Assembly: GCA_051362555.1 (NCBI GenBank)
Contig: CM120644.1
Location: forward strand, 7,386,954-7,450,953
DNA: 64,000 nucleotides
Direction: 5' to 3'
Origin: Lingula anatina
Lineage: Eukaryota > Animalia > Brachiopoda
Shown here: positions 27,996-40,437 of the stretch, piece after piece
Numbering within the stretch: the first letter of the stretch is position 1
Layout: every line of letters begins with the position of its first letter
Notes under the pieces: generated by a model
Databases searched by the model: none
Told to the model about the DNA's origin: nothing
Seen by the model: only the letters and a program-made list of their open reading frames with translations
Program-made: the position numbers and the translations under genes

Positions 27996-28395
27996 ATTTC
28001 CTATAGGATTTCCTATAGGAAATCCTATAGGATCCTATAAGATTTCCTATAGGATTTCCTATAGGATCCTATAGGAATTCCTATAGGATCCTATAGGAAA
28101 TTGTCCCTTTTTCCTATAGGATTTCCTATAGGATCCTATAGGATTTCCTATAGGATCCTATAGGATTTCCTATAGGATCCTATAGGATTTCCTATAGGAT
28201 CCTATAGGATTTCCTATAGGATCCTATAGGAAATCCTATAGGAAATCTTATAGGATCCTATAGGAAATCTTATAGGATCCTATAGGAAATCCTATAGGAA
28301 ATCTTATAGGATCCTATAGGAAATCCTATAGGAAATCCTATAGGATCCTATAGGAAATCTTATAGGATCCTATAGGAAATCTTATAGGAACCTAT
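27996..28395. repeat. Left subterminal array of the palindrome TCCTATAGGA (right array ~31820-31935)
   Basis: About 30 or more copies at 10-13-bp spacing; spacer polarity switches near 28220. Confidence 0.97.
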
Positions 28396-28539
28396 AAAAA
28401 TTTTTATTAACTGCTTTGAATATTTTTACAGCTTTTTATATATTGTTGGAACTTTGGCAAAATTGGTTATAGGCACTGGTCCCTCAAAACAAAAGAGAGT
28501 ATCATGTTTACATTCTTTATTCAATATATAAAAAAAAAT

Positions 28540-28902
28540 TTAATGTACATATTCCACAGTATGGTATGCAACCAGCTTACTAGAGAATTGTTTCATAGAT
28601 TTTTGCAAATTTAACGATGCTGCTCCTGCGTTTGAATTATAAGTTCTATAAGTTATCACAAGGATCAAATATGTCTTGTCAAGCTGTGGCGTCACTGTCT
28701 TTTTCTTGTGCGCGTTCGAACTCCTGCCAGAATGAGTGGCTAAAACCTCCCTTGGCCAGATTGTGTACATTGTCAGCATACTGCTTTAGTCACTTCATAA
28801 TTGAAGAATTTCAGACAAAAGTCTTTTGCACATTGTTCAACTTTACTGTGATAGTCTTCTTAAACTCCGTCTAAGTTGTGTTGAACCATTTGCAGACGCT
28901 TT
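28540..28902 (-). pseudogene. Decayed terminal exon encoding a BEN-domain-like peptide inside the transposon
   Basis: IWPREVLATHS-GRSSNAHKKKTVTPQLD resembles BEN consensus (recalled BEND6 YMATHSLTGAKSSTSRDKAVKPAMN); minus-strand tctttctttcAG acceptor at 28903-4, TAA at 28540, AATAAA at 28516-21; stops in the 5' part. Confidence 0.65.
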
Positions 28903-29226
28903 CTGAAAGAAAGACATTGTGAATTTCAATTAATTGTACATGTCTACAAAAATGCAAAATGATGAAGGAAAAATTTTCTAATGAGATCAATAATAATCAT
29001 TGCACCAATTTTATTTTGAGCAATTCATAGCCTTTATTGGTTAACTGTTTTTTTTTCAAAGACAAGGTATTAAAGCTCGATAATTTGTAAAAAAAATTTT
29101 TTGAGAACTTGAACATATTTCATAGAACCAAGCCCACAGGAACAATCAGAAACGAATTTTAAAATGCAGAAATCAGCAGTGGAGAAAACTCTACTCTGGT
29201 TAAATATGCAATTGGGCCATTATAAA

Positions 29227-29560
29227 GCTGTCAGGGCAAAAAAAGTCTCAAAAATTCATGGAAAACTAATTTCCGAGGGTAAACAGTAATTCCCTATATT
29301 CTGACCAGTCTTTGCTTGACTTAAATCATCATTCCAAACCACAAAAAAAAGCAACCCCTAAGTTAAAATTTATAGCTTCCGTGTCAGATTTTCACAATGC
29401 ACATTTCATTTCCAATATGTATAGGTAAGCAAAAAATATTTTTAAACAAACTATGGTGTTTACCTCACATTTAGGGTTGAAAAGAAATTAAAGGAAAAGA
29501 AAACTTGGCAAATAAACGATCCTGAAGAACATGTGAGGTAATGAAATTTGCCCTGACAGC
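29227..29560. mobile_element. Nested ~334-bp element with perfect 14-bp TIR GCTGTCAGGGCAAA
   Basis: 29227-29240 is the reverse complement of 29547-29560; TSD unclear. Confidence 0.6.
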
Positions 29561-29686
29561 CTCTCTAACATGTAAATTGTATTTTATTTATTAGCATAGG
29601 TCTTTCTCAGTTATATATCATGATGGTTCCTTAGAGGCAGTTGTGGATAACATTAATAGATAATTTTTAATAAATCACAAACCAAA

Positions 29687-29804
29687 AGTTGAATGAAATG
29701 TAATTTTTTTTAGATTCAACTCTATTTATAGAAATATTTTGATGCCAGTTGAATGAAATGTAATTTTTTTTAGATTCAACTCTATTTATAGAAATATTTT
29801 GATG
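29687..29804. repeat. 60-bp-period tandem duplication
   Basis: Two near-identical copies. Confidence 0.92.
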
Positions 29805-30301
29805 AGCAATTGATCACAGTTTTATAAGAAATAAAGAGAATAAACAGTATTTCTTTGTTGGCTAAAAGGGAAGCTATACTTTATAAATTATAACTTGTTT
29901 AATGTAATATAGATATGATGTTTACAAGGTACACTACAAATTAGATCAATTATCTCATTTTCAATTTGATTAGATGCCCAAATGATCCAATTAATGCATT
30001 ACTGTAATACATACCTTCCTCAATCTGAATTTTCTACACTCTGTACCCATCCACTATGCTCCTGAATTTAAACTGGCTTGATAGCTGTATACTCATTTGC
30101 TGCTTGTCTCATATAAACAAAGACTTAGACAGGATACCACACATCTGATAACACCTAATAGGCGGTTACTGTTACTAGTGTAACAATAGCTACAGGAGTA
30201 GTGACCTAATAATAGGTGCCAGGCTAACAAAAGAAATTCACAGTTGTTGAATCTATGGTTATGGTTGGTGGAGTAGGGCATTCTCTAGCTAACATCAGTT
30301 G

Positions 30302-30468
30302 CAGGCCCGTAGCCAGCAATTTCAAAAGGGGGGTTCTTTTTCTGAAAAAGTGGACCTTTTCCCATAAAAACTTCATGTACCTAGATCAAATTTTACCCAG
30401 AGTGGACCTTTTTCCAGCAAAAGGGGCGGTTCTTTCGAACCCCCCAAACCCCCCTGGCTACGGGCCTG
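30302..30468. mobile_element. Intact MITE copy nested in the large transposon, 5-bp TSD AGTTG
   Basis: agttg|CAGGCCCGTAGCCAG...CTGGCTACGGGCCTG|agttg. Confidence 0.93.
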
Positions 30469-30719
30469 AGTTGACTGTTAAATCTTACAAGTGATTGAGC
30501 ATAAAATTTATCTTTATAATCATTAATTTGTCCTTGTTCCCCATCCTTTATGAGGGACAGTACTATACCCTTAATGTTCACTTACTTTTACATTATACAG
30601 TATTTTATATATTAGGCAGGATTGCACTTTCACTTTTTAAAACAGCCAAGGTCAAGTACAGTCTGATTAGATCAGGTTGACTTTCAATAAATATGAAATA
30701 TGAAGTGAATATGATCACA

Positions 30720-31510
30720 CAAAAAGTAAAAATACATTATATACTGATATTTAGACCAGTTTCATTATTTTTCATTCAACCTGGCCTTATAAAAATTCAC
30801 AATTAATATGGATTAACATAGGATTTCCTATATATAGGTTCCTATAGAAATTCCTATAAGATTTCCTAAAGCATCCTATAGTAAATTTTTATGGTCTGAA
30901 CATAAATTAAAAATCAAAATCATATACTGATAATTAAACCAGATTCATTATTTTTCATTCAACCTGGCCTTACAAAAATTCCCTATATGAATTGGCATAG
31001 GATTTCCTATAGGAATTCCTATAAGATTTCCTGTAGGATCCAATAGGAATTTTTGTAATGGTCCGAAAATAAATTAAAAATCAAAATCATATACTGATAT
31101 TTAAACCAGATTCATTATTTTTCATTCAACCTGGCCTTATAAAAATTCCCTATATGAATTATATTAGCATAGGATTTCCTATAGGTTCCTATAGAAATTC
31201 CTATAAGCTTTCCTATAGGATCCTATAGAATCCTATAGAATTTTTTTTAATGGTCTGAACATAAATTAAAAACCAAAATCATAAACTGATATTTAAACCA
31301 GATTCATTATTTCGGCCTTATAAAAATTCCCTATATGAATCAGCCTTGGATTTCTTATAGGTTCCTATTGAAATTCCTATAAGATTTCCTATAGGAAATC
31401 CTATAGGATCCTATAGGAAATCTTATAGGATCCTATAGGAAATCCTATAAGATCCTATAGGAAATCCTATAGGATCCTATAGGAATTTTTGTAATGGTCT
31501 GAACATAAAT
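30720..31510. repeat. ~180-bp tandem repeat x4, each unit carrying TCCTATAGGA motifs
   Basis: actgatatttaaaccagattcattattt...ggccttataaaaattc recurs near 30740, 30920, 31090, 31280. Confidence 0.88.
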
Positions 31511-32815
31511 AAAAAAAAAATCAGCTTCAGTGATTTGGTACAAAAACATTCCTAATGATAAAATATTTCTCCATAAAAGATTACTTTAAAATGATCAATT
31601 TTTTTCAAAAATTCTTTAAAAAAAAAATTACAGAATTTCTATAGAATCCTATAGAAGACTATAAGATTGTGCATTATAAACAATAAAAAGCATTTTTGCT
31701 TTAATAGTGATATATAATTGACAATTCAACTGATAAAATGGACCTATATCAAATATCTATTGTTTAGAATGATATATGTTTATAAAATATGCATTTTTCT
31801 CAAGATTTTAACTTACAACAATTTCCTATAGGATCCTATAGGAAATCCTATAGGAAATGTGCCCTATAGGATCCTATAAGATTTCCTATAGGATTCTATA
31901 GGATCCTATAGGAATCCTATAGGATCCTATAGGAAATTTTCGTAAGGGATCTTACAGCTTAATATGAAATTGGTTCTATTTTTTTGTTATTTTTGTAACA
32001 ATTGCATGTATATGTCAATCACAAAACAGGCTTCATATTACACTAAAGTTCACCCCTTTAGCCTTTGATAAGACAAGGATGGAGGGTAAGAATAACACCT
32101 AAAAGTTGATGAATGTTTCAAAAATATATTTGTGATGAATGATGAGGTTTAAGACCCGAGGTTGATGGCAATATATCAGTATAATTGCAGTGATTTTGAA
32201 CATTGATTTTAGCTGGAACTTCAGGGTGATCAATCATGCTTTTCATTGAACATATATATAAATATAATACATTTTTACTTTTAATAATAAGATCAATATT
32301 TTGCAATATAGGTTAAAATGGGGAATTAATTAAAAACCCTATAATATATTCTATTAATGTTGCCTAAAGGTTTTCAAGAGTCATCATCTATTGCCTGTTA
32401 GAATCAGACCTTGCATTAGCCTGTGTCTGAGTATATTGGAGAGAATGGAGCCAAAGAAAGGACAGTTCATGCAGTGAGATACATGTATGGCCATTTTCTA
32501 GGGAATTTTCATTGAAATTGTCCTGACATATTCTTATAGGACAGCTTTTATGGTCAGATGATGTTTTTCAAGAGAATGTTTTCTATAAAAATTGTACACA
32601 GATAGTTTTATTTGGATAGCTTTTGTGGCCAGATAAACTGCATGACATATTCAGCACTTCATTGTAAGAAAAATGCAATGACATGATGAATGAGAAGGTA
32701 AAAGTTATTTAATGTCAATTTTTGAGATACCAATACCTCACTTTTTTCTGTATAATTATGTTAAACTTCCAAAATATACAGTTTTCAGTACTTTATAGCA
32801 CAAAACCAACTATAA

Positions 32816-32996
32816 GGCCTCATTTAGAATAGGGGATTAACTAGTCCAAGTGTCAAGTATGGCTGACCCACTTGAATACTTCACCACAGGATATCTGCAT
32901 GTTCAGTGTCTATTAGCGGATTAGTAGACAAGCTTTGTATAGTGGGTCGCCATATTTGACCCTCAGACTAGTTAGTCCCCTATTCTGAATGGGGCC
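32816..32996. mobile_element. Second copy of the GGCCTCATTCAGAATAGGG MITE, opposite orientation
   Basis: TIRs and internal similarity to 21966-22140. Confidence 0.85.
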
Positions 32997-34102
32997 TTAC
33001 AATGTGGATGCTTTGAATCGACATTTAAAAGTTTTACTGACAAACAACATTTTTGGAGAAACTTTAAACTTTAATGTTGTTTTATTTTATAAATAATTAT
33101 CATGATAGTTTTCAGTGACATGTTGGCATCCAGGGTAAAGAGATGGGATAAAGTGAACGATGTTAGATGTCTAAATTATAGAAGCCTTTCCCCTGATAAA
33201 ATATGTGAGATATTACTAATGATGTTTGCTATTGGCTTTGACATGCATGAGCCAGTAAGCTGAATTTTAAATAAACCAGCTAGTACAGAAGGTTTTTTAC
33301 AGAATTTTGACATAAAAATACCATTCATAAATTTTGAGTACTTACTGACTATAATTCTGTTGCTTCCCAAACCCAGGTACCAACTTGATGTATACTTTGT
33401 GACTGATTTGCACTTTATTCTCTTAGTTAAAATCAAGGAGGTTGAACAAAACTTGAGACAGGAGCCCCCTCACCCCCCCCCATCCCCACCCCCACATAGC
33501 TAGCTCTACCCACGTAACAGACCTGGGTCAATAGAGAGGGTGATGTGTAATCTTCTTTTGTTGGAACTCCTTGTTAAAATTGAGTGAAAAATGATGGGCA
33601 TTAATTACAATTGCAATTCTCATTAAAATGTAATGTTTAGCAAAGTGTAGTAATAATGCCAATATCTGTAATGGATACCGTGTACTATTAGACATTTGGT
33701 GATGGAATTTTTCAAAGAAAAGATTACTCAACACAATTAATGTCATTCCATGGTACTCATTCTCCTTAATTAAGGGTGCAGAAGAATAATTTTGTTAGTG
33801 AAAGTGAGATAGATGTACATAGTGGTTAGTTCTATAGGTGTGTGTCAGAGGATGAAGAACGGAAGAAGAAATGAGTCTTATTCCCAAATGAATGCTCCAG
33901 TTTTCACCAATGAAGAAAATGGAATTTTCAATGAGAATGCTGCTGTATATATACCCTGGTGTTTCTTCTCCTAAATGTGTGAATGTGGTGATGCATGCGC
34001 ATGCATGTACTGCTAAGAAGCAAAGTGCATTTACATTACACTTGAGACAGCCTATCTTAGGGACCATTTCCAGACCCTATCGTACTAACTCTGGATCGAG
34101 CA

Positions 34103-34264
34103 ATCTCTGAGGGGATTCTTGCTAAACTGCAATCAACTTAAGCGTCTTAGATGTCTGTCACGCCTATTGAAGCTGCTAGGGGGTAATTTAGCAGCTTCAG
34201 TAGATGTGCCAGACATCTAAGCCACTTAAGCTGAAAACAATTTAGTGAGAAACCCCTCAGAGAT
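34103..34264. mobile_element. Imperfect ~160-bp palindrome, probably the core of a hairpin MITE
   Basis: atctctgagggg...gaagctgcta [loop] tagcagcttc...cccctcagagat. Confidence 0.75.
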
Positions 34265-36304
34265 GGATCAATCCTGTTAGATCAATCTAGGCATAGGAAC
34301 CCAGCCTCAGTACCTTGAAGGTGTCTCAGCAGACTGTCTGGTTGTATAGTTAAATCATCCTACTGGAGATGAAACTAGATCAACCCAAATCTAGATAGAT
34401 ACATGTAGTTTATTGTAATCAAATATACCACCACGTCTGTGGTTAAATATATTATAGAAAAAAAATTACAAATACAACAGGGGCCAAACTATGAGAATAG
34501 AACTAGCTCCCTCTATTGTTTGAATTTGTTTAATTGTACTTTCAGTGCTGATCAGGATATTATATGTACTGCATACATGTAGCAGTGCTCAGATTAACCA
34601 TCAAAATTGGACTTAAAATGCCCCCTAGTTTTCTATAGATGTCGATGTTGCAGGATTGCCTGGTTGAGTAGAGAAAATGATTTGTGATTAAGAAAGAGAT
34701 CAGATTTCTAGGAGATAAATATTAGATATTTTGTTCATTGTATTAGAGGCTTTAGTTCAAGATATTACAGATTTCAAGTTTTTCTTTTTTTTTTAATTTA
34801 TTAATTAATTTTTTATTTATTAAAGAAAAGTTTTTTTTTCCTTAAAATATCAGTAATTTGGTAAAAATGCTATATTTCTTCATTGGTAAATTGAAATTGA
34901 GCTCAGAAATGATATGGTCTGTCTATAACTTGATTACAACTGGTTCCAAAGAGAAATTAGAAACTGACGTTGTTTTTCAAATCTTTGCAGCTTAAGTCAT
35001 ATTTAGACTTTGTGATGCCTTTGGGAGATGAGAAAGTGGAGGAAAATCTTATCTTGGAATAGCGTTTTGGGGGAATTGTGTTCCTGGTCTTAGATAAAGG
35101 CAGCTCAGAAATCATGTAGATTGTGTGGTCTGACGTAAATAGTCTTCCAGTTTGTGCCAGTTTATAGCGTATTGGCCCTTAGGGACATCTGGTGTCAGTT
35201 ACACAAAACAAATTTAGCCCCCAAAATAGTCCAAACTTATAGATCAAAATTCTCATGTACTTTTACCAAGATAAATTAGTACAATATCCAGTTAAATGAA
35301 GTTTATATGCCCATTTTATTATAAGATATGGTACAGGTATATGTTCCAGACCATTACATAATTTATTTAATTGGATTAAAAATAACATCATTTAGCTTAA
35401 ATACATTTAGGATAAGACTAAAATTTTAGTCTACCTCAGTTTAAGCTAAATTCAGTTATTTTTAATCCAATTACATAATGTAAGTAAAGACTTAATTTTA
35501 GACTAATTTTTTGGCTTGAACTAAGTTGACTTTTTTGTGATACCAGCCCGGACGATCTGGATCAGTAGAATCAATGTTCAGTAACTGATTCTGAACTAAT
35601 TTACAAAATCTAACTGGCTCAGGTACAGTTGTGCTGGAGTTTGGTGTGGAGGCAATGCCAATGCATGCTGCTGTTAGAAGTTTGGTTATAAAAAGGAAAT
35701 TTACATATTACAGATATTAGAGAGATCTGTCTCATGCAGTTCTGCATGGCCTTAGTAAGGAAAACAATGGACATGCTACATTGTAGTAGCTTATTACAAA
35801 GACTTATGGACCTTAGCTTGTACAATTTCCTACATTATAATGATTATCCAGGGTATTAATTCTTTTTTTTTCTTTTTTTTTTTTTTTTACATTCAGTCTA
35901 CATGTTCTTTGGTTTATAAGCGATACATGAATGTTTCAACAGATACAGGTGTTTTATTGACCAGCAAAGATAGCATGCAGAAAATCTTGACATTCAAGTG
36001 GAGTTCTGACCCCCAGTATCTGTATAGTGTACATACATGTGTGATATTATAGTAAATGCATATATTTACATTGCTGTTTATATCTATTTGTGAATCAATC
36101 ATGGTGCTATATGCACTGTTCACAGAGCAAGTGCTCAATTAATGTGGGAAAATAAAGATAACAGAAGGAGATTGGTTTTTCAAATAAAAAGTACATTAAA
36201 AGATACAACATTACTTTATGTCCAGCTTGCATTTGAAGACAAAGGTGAGCTAAACTGATACAGGTGTTATACCTGTGCAAGCACCCTGAGTTTCAGTGGT
36301 CTCT

Positions 36305-36515
36305 GAGGGCATATTCAGAACAAGTTGATCTGTGGACCAACATATCCACGGATCAAATATGGCACAACCCACTAGAAATTAAGCATGCAGAGATTTAAAT
36401 GCTCTGCCCCTTGGGATGGTGTGTGCATGGGCAGTAAGAATCCATTGTCAAGTATGCGCCATATTTGATACATGGACTAGTTAGTTCACGGATAAACTTT
36501 GTTGTGAATGCTCTC
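36305..36515. mobile_element. Diverged palindromic MITE related to the 21966/32816 family
   Basis: Inverted ends attcagaacaa / ttgttgtgaat; internal tcaaatatggc / gccatatttga. Confidence 0.65.
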
Positions 36516-37950
36516 TGAGAGACTTGATCCCTAAATCCATCATCAAGCCTCTCTTATTTCCAGTTTGTGACCTTCAGAAATCAGGGTGAAAAATGGTCAA
36601 CAGGCAATGAATTTTTAAATAAGTAATACCATTCAATTTGATTAAATTGCTGGACTGAACTATACTGCCTGAAGTTTTGAAATAAAGAGGCATCACCTTC
36701 ATCAGACTATTTATTGTTTTTTCAACTAACAAAGCATCGTGTTTATGTGATACAACCCAATCACAGGACTTAGCCTACTTAATTGTTGTATTCACATCTA
36801 TAGGGAAAACCAAGGATACAGATCGAGTGCACAATTTTGAGTTGAGAATTAGGTTATCTCTGCTGTGAACATGACCACAGTTCATTCAGTGATAGTTAAT
36901 CGGATCTTCTCTAATCCAGACACAAGCATTGATAATTAATCTATTCAGCAAGTGCTTTTTTTCTTAGAGCTATTACTTAGAGTCAGGGAATATGATATAT
37001 ATTGGGGAAGATTAAATGTGAGATTGAAATACAGTCAGTGCATAGAGTTAGCACATCATTTACAATTTGCAGGAGCACATGAATATTCTTCATCAGTGCT
37101 GTCTGTTTTATGAGAGCATTATCCTTACATAGTGTGTGGAGTCTTTTCCTAGGGACTTTTATATCTGTACATCATATAGCAAAGAAAAACAGACGACTTG
37201 TTCGTGCTGCTAACAGTTCAACTCATAGGAAGGTTTTTTGTGAAATCCAGAGGTACAGTTTTTTACAAATATTGATTACATAAGTATATCAATTGACTAC
37301 TGTGAAGCAGTATTTCTGTATCTGGCAGTATCATCTGAAGTATTTTCACTCAATATTATTCTTGAAAACATCCATAGTTATCTAACTCCAAGCTCCTTGT
37401 GGAAGTGTGATCTCCGTTCTACTTAGGTGGGGTGATTGGAACTTAATTATTCCATCCTGCAGAGCTCACCGCTTCCCATCTTCATCAAATTCAAATCACA
37501 TTACCAGCTAGAAATCGGGGAGGAAAAAACTACAGACTTCAGTAGGCGTCGTTAAGAATTGCCTTGAATATCGTTAGTTGATGCTTCCAATTAAGTCGTA
37601 ATTATGTGGAGGAGAGATCAGGTGACTGTGGTTAATTGAAAGAATCGTACTGTTTCCTGTGTAGGCAAGGGCTTACTAGGTACGTGGGTTAAGTTACAAT
37701 GGCTTTATCTATAGTGGGTTGAATGGGAAGACATTGGGGGAGGGAGGATTGTATCGGGTACATATGTCTTAAACGGTAACAGGATTAATTTGGTTAAGTT
37801 TAAGTAGGAGTTGATGGGATGACACTGAGAATCATGTAGGCAGCACTTAAGATGTTATTTTTTAAACAATCGTTCATTTATGGCCCACTTTAATTGTCAG
37901 TATGTATTGGATTTGTGGGATAGCACCAATAAGATGATATCAAGATGTTT

Positions 37951-37997
<47 letters not shown>

Positions 37998-38885
37998 TCA
38001 TTACTTTTTTGTTAATTCAAATTTATATCATCGCATCAAGTTGTCTGATTTTGATTTTTTCACCATTCAGTTTAGAACATTTCCTCATATTATAAGTCTG
38101 TAGCAGTTAGCTGTGGGTGACACAACTGAGGGATTAGATGTACAGCTAGACCACCTGCCATATAATGGGTGGGACTAAATTAACCGTATCCTATATAGGT
38201 TTTTCCGATCTAATTGGATTTTCCTTGTAAAAAAAGACTAATTTTCTCCTCCTCACAAATCACAGCTTGACCAGTCCCTCTTCTTGGATTCAATGATTTA
38301 CACCATGTTTTTTCAGTCAAATTGAAATATATGTAGTTCTAATTGGTTCCTATGATTTTCTGACCACCAAGGTCTTCCATTGTACATTGCAGAAAGATAA
38401 TTTGTTTTTACTTTTAAGGGTTGAATATGGGGAAAGATGACATTAAGTAGCTTTGCAGGATAATTATAGCTGAAAAAAAAAGAGTTAAGGATAGCTTCCA
38501 AACAGGGATAGCTAGTATATATCTCTCAGTTGCCCTCCACTTGACTGCAGACCACGCGCCTTCAGAAGAGCCCTAATTAGAACTTACGCATCCATCGTTT
38601 GGAGTTAAAAAATGGATAAGCAGAGTGATTGAGGAGAAAGTAGGTGGACATGAAGGAAGTGGGAAGATGTCTCTTCCTTTTTAAACTCTGGTGCTTTACG
38701 ATATATCTGGCATTCAGCAGGTTTTTGCATGTCGAGAGAGGTTAAGGAAGACTGGGAGGAAAGCCTTAGCAATCTGGTAGTGGAAAACCAGAGGCTTTAG
38801 CTTGGTCTGACTACTGGTCATTTCTTTTGGTAACTAAAGCACAGTTAGAGACACCAAGGCCACATCTGAGTCTGTGTTTTCACAG

Positions 38886-38936
38886 ATTTTGGGTAATTTG
38901 TTACTGGCTTGGATGCAGATGCTGATAGAAAGCAGG
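38886..38936 (+). CDS. Candidate 51-nt phase-0 cassette or alternative start exon (ILGNLLLAWMQMLIESR)
   Basis: gttttcacAG acceptor, AGG|GTGAGT donor, open in the frame needed for the DEP exon; no homology support. Confidence 0.35.
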
Positions 38937-38953
38937 GTGAGTTCTAAATATGT

Positions 38954-39012
<59 letters not shown>

Positions 39013-40000
39013 TGTCTTAAATGTGGTCAACCTAATAGTATTGATACACTTGGAATAATGTTTTCCCATTGTAGTACAAATTGTAATCATACCCACACCT
39101 TGCTGAGATGTCCCACATTGAAATAAGATTGTTGACTTAACTTCCATGGTACATGTAATAGGCCCATGATGTGGGGCATTCAGATGTGCACATCATACTA
39201 TAGCTGGGCCATTCCAGCTCTGTGGGGGGATTGTCAATAAAATGCAATAAGTGGCATATCAGCTTAATCAGCACAAGATAGTTAATTACCCCCTATAGCT
39301 GTTCAAGGAGGCGTGTCAGCTAATGGCTAAGATACCTTCACAAGCCTCTATCTGCCTTGTGCATTAATCTGCACATTATAGCAGCATCCCGAGAATTTTT
39401 CTTTGGCTGTTTAAATCTCATAGCCTCTTACATAGAATCTACTATCTTGATCTTTGTGTATGTCAAACAGGCTTGCTTAAAGCCACAACCGCTTAAGCAT
39501 GATCTGGTGTGAACACATCTTGATATGTTCAACCACCTGTGAAATCAAAGTGCATCAGAAGGGAACACTGATTTTGAATATATAGACAAGACTGGGTCAT
39601 GGGACCCCCCTCATACAACAGGGACTTAATGTTATTGTCAGTATATTGTATTCTCTGCCACATGGGACTTTTGATGGATGACCAATTTAGCCTCATTCAT
39701 TTATATCACTTCGTAAAGTGTGACACTGGATGGTTGGATGGATGGCTTTCTAGGTTGGATTTGTCACATCAGGAGAAACTTTGACTTGGAATTGATGAGA
39801 CTGATTGATGTCAAAGTCCACTGCGCGATTTAGTGTTAATTCTGTGGAGCAATGGTACTTAACCTCTGCCTATCAGAGCCTCTATTTCTGATCAGTTGAA
39901 GGGCAAATGATATGGGTTTATGCCGATAAATAGCATTAGGTTTCTAGTAAACCAAAGAACTCAGGGTGCAGAATGAGGATCCAAATGTCATTTGGCTGTC

Positions 40001-40008
40001 TGACGTCA
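40001..40008. promoter_or_regulatory. Full CRE palindrome TGACGTCA
   Basis: Exact motif match only; function untested. Confidence 0.25.
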
Positions 40009-40372
40009 GGCAGTCTATTTTTGGTAAAAAAATTAGACTGCTTTGTTGAAAACAACATTCCTTTTATTGGATTAATTTGTGACTTCTTGCACAATACAGA
40101 GTGGAGGTAGATATCATATTATTATATTATGATAGATATGCATATGTTGGATGGGTGGATCTTGGTTTTTATTCAAGCATCGTTATGGTACTGGAACTAT
40201 TTTCATTTGCTTGATAATTCAGTGAAATTATGAGTGGTTATGATATGCAATTATTTTAATGGTGCCTCTTCTGTCGGAGGACGCTGATGGACATTTTATT
40301 ATTTTAGCTGCCCATTTGCTAATTGGTAACTGTATACTCCTTTGCTTATAGTTATTGTCTTTTTTTTTCTTT

Positions 40373-40437
<65 letters not shown>

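Larger units (their letters stand above)
27985..31948. mobile_element. ~3.96-kb non-autonomous DNA transposon, CMC/EnSpm(CACTA)-like
   Basis: TIR CCCTTACGAAAATTTCCTATAGGAT with its reverse complement at the right end; 2-bp TSD AT; subterminal TCCTATAGGA arrays; no transposase ORF seen. Confidence 0.88.

Noticed and set aside
27985-28395. CRISPR-like or prokaryotic repeat array
   Set aside because: No unique spacers and no cas genes; eukaryotic intron; explained as transposon subterminal repeats
28900-31800. Transposase gene within the 4-kb element
   Set aside because: No long ORF or DDE motif visible; the element appears non-autonomous
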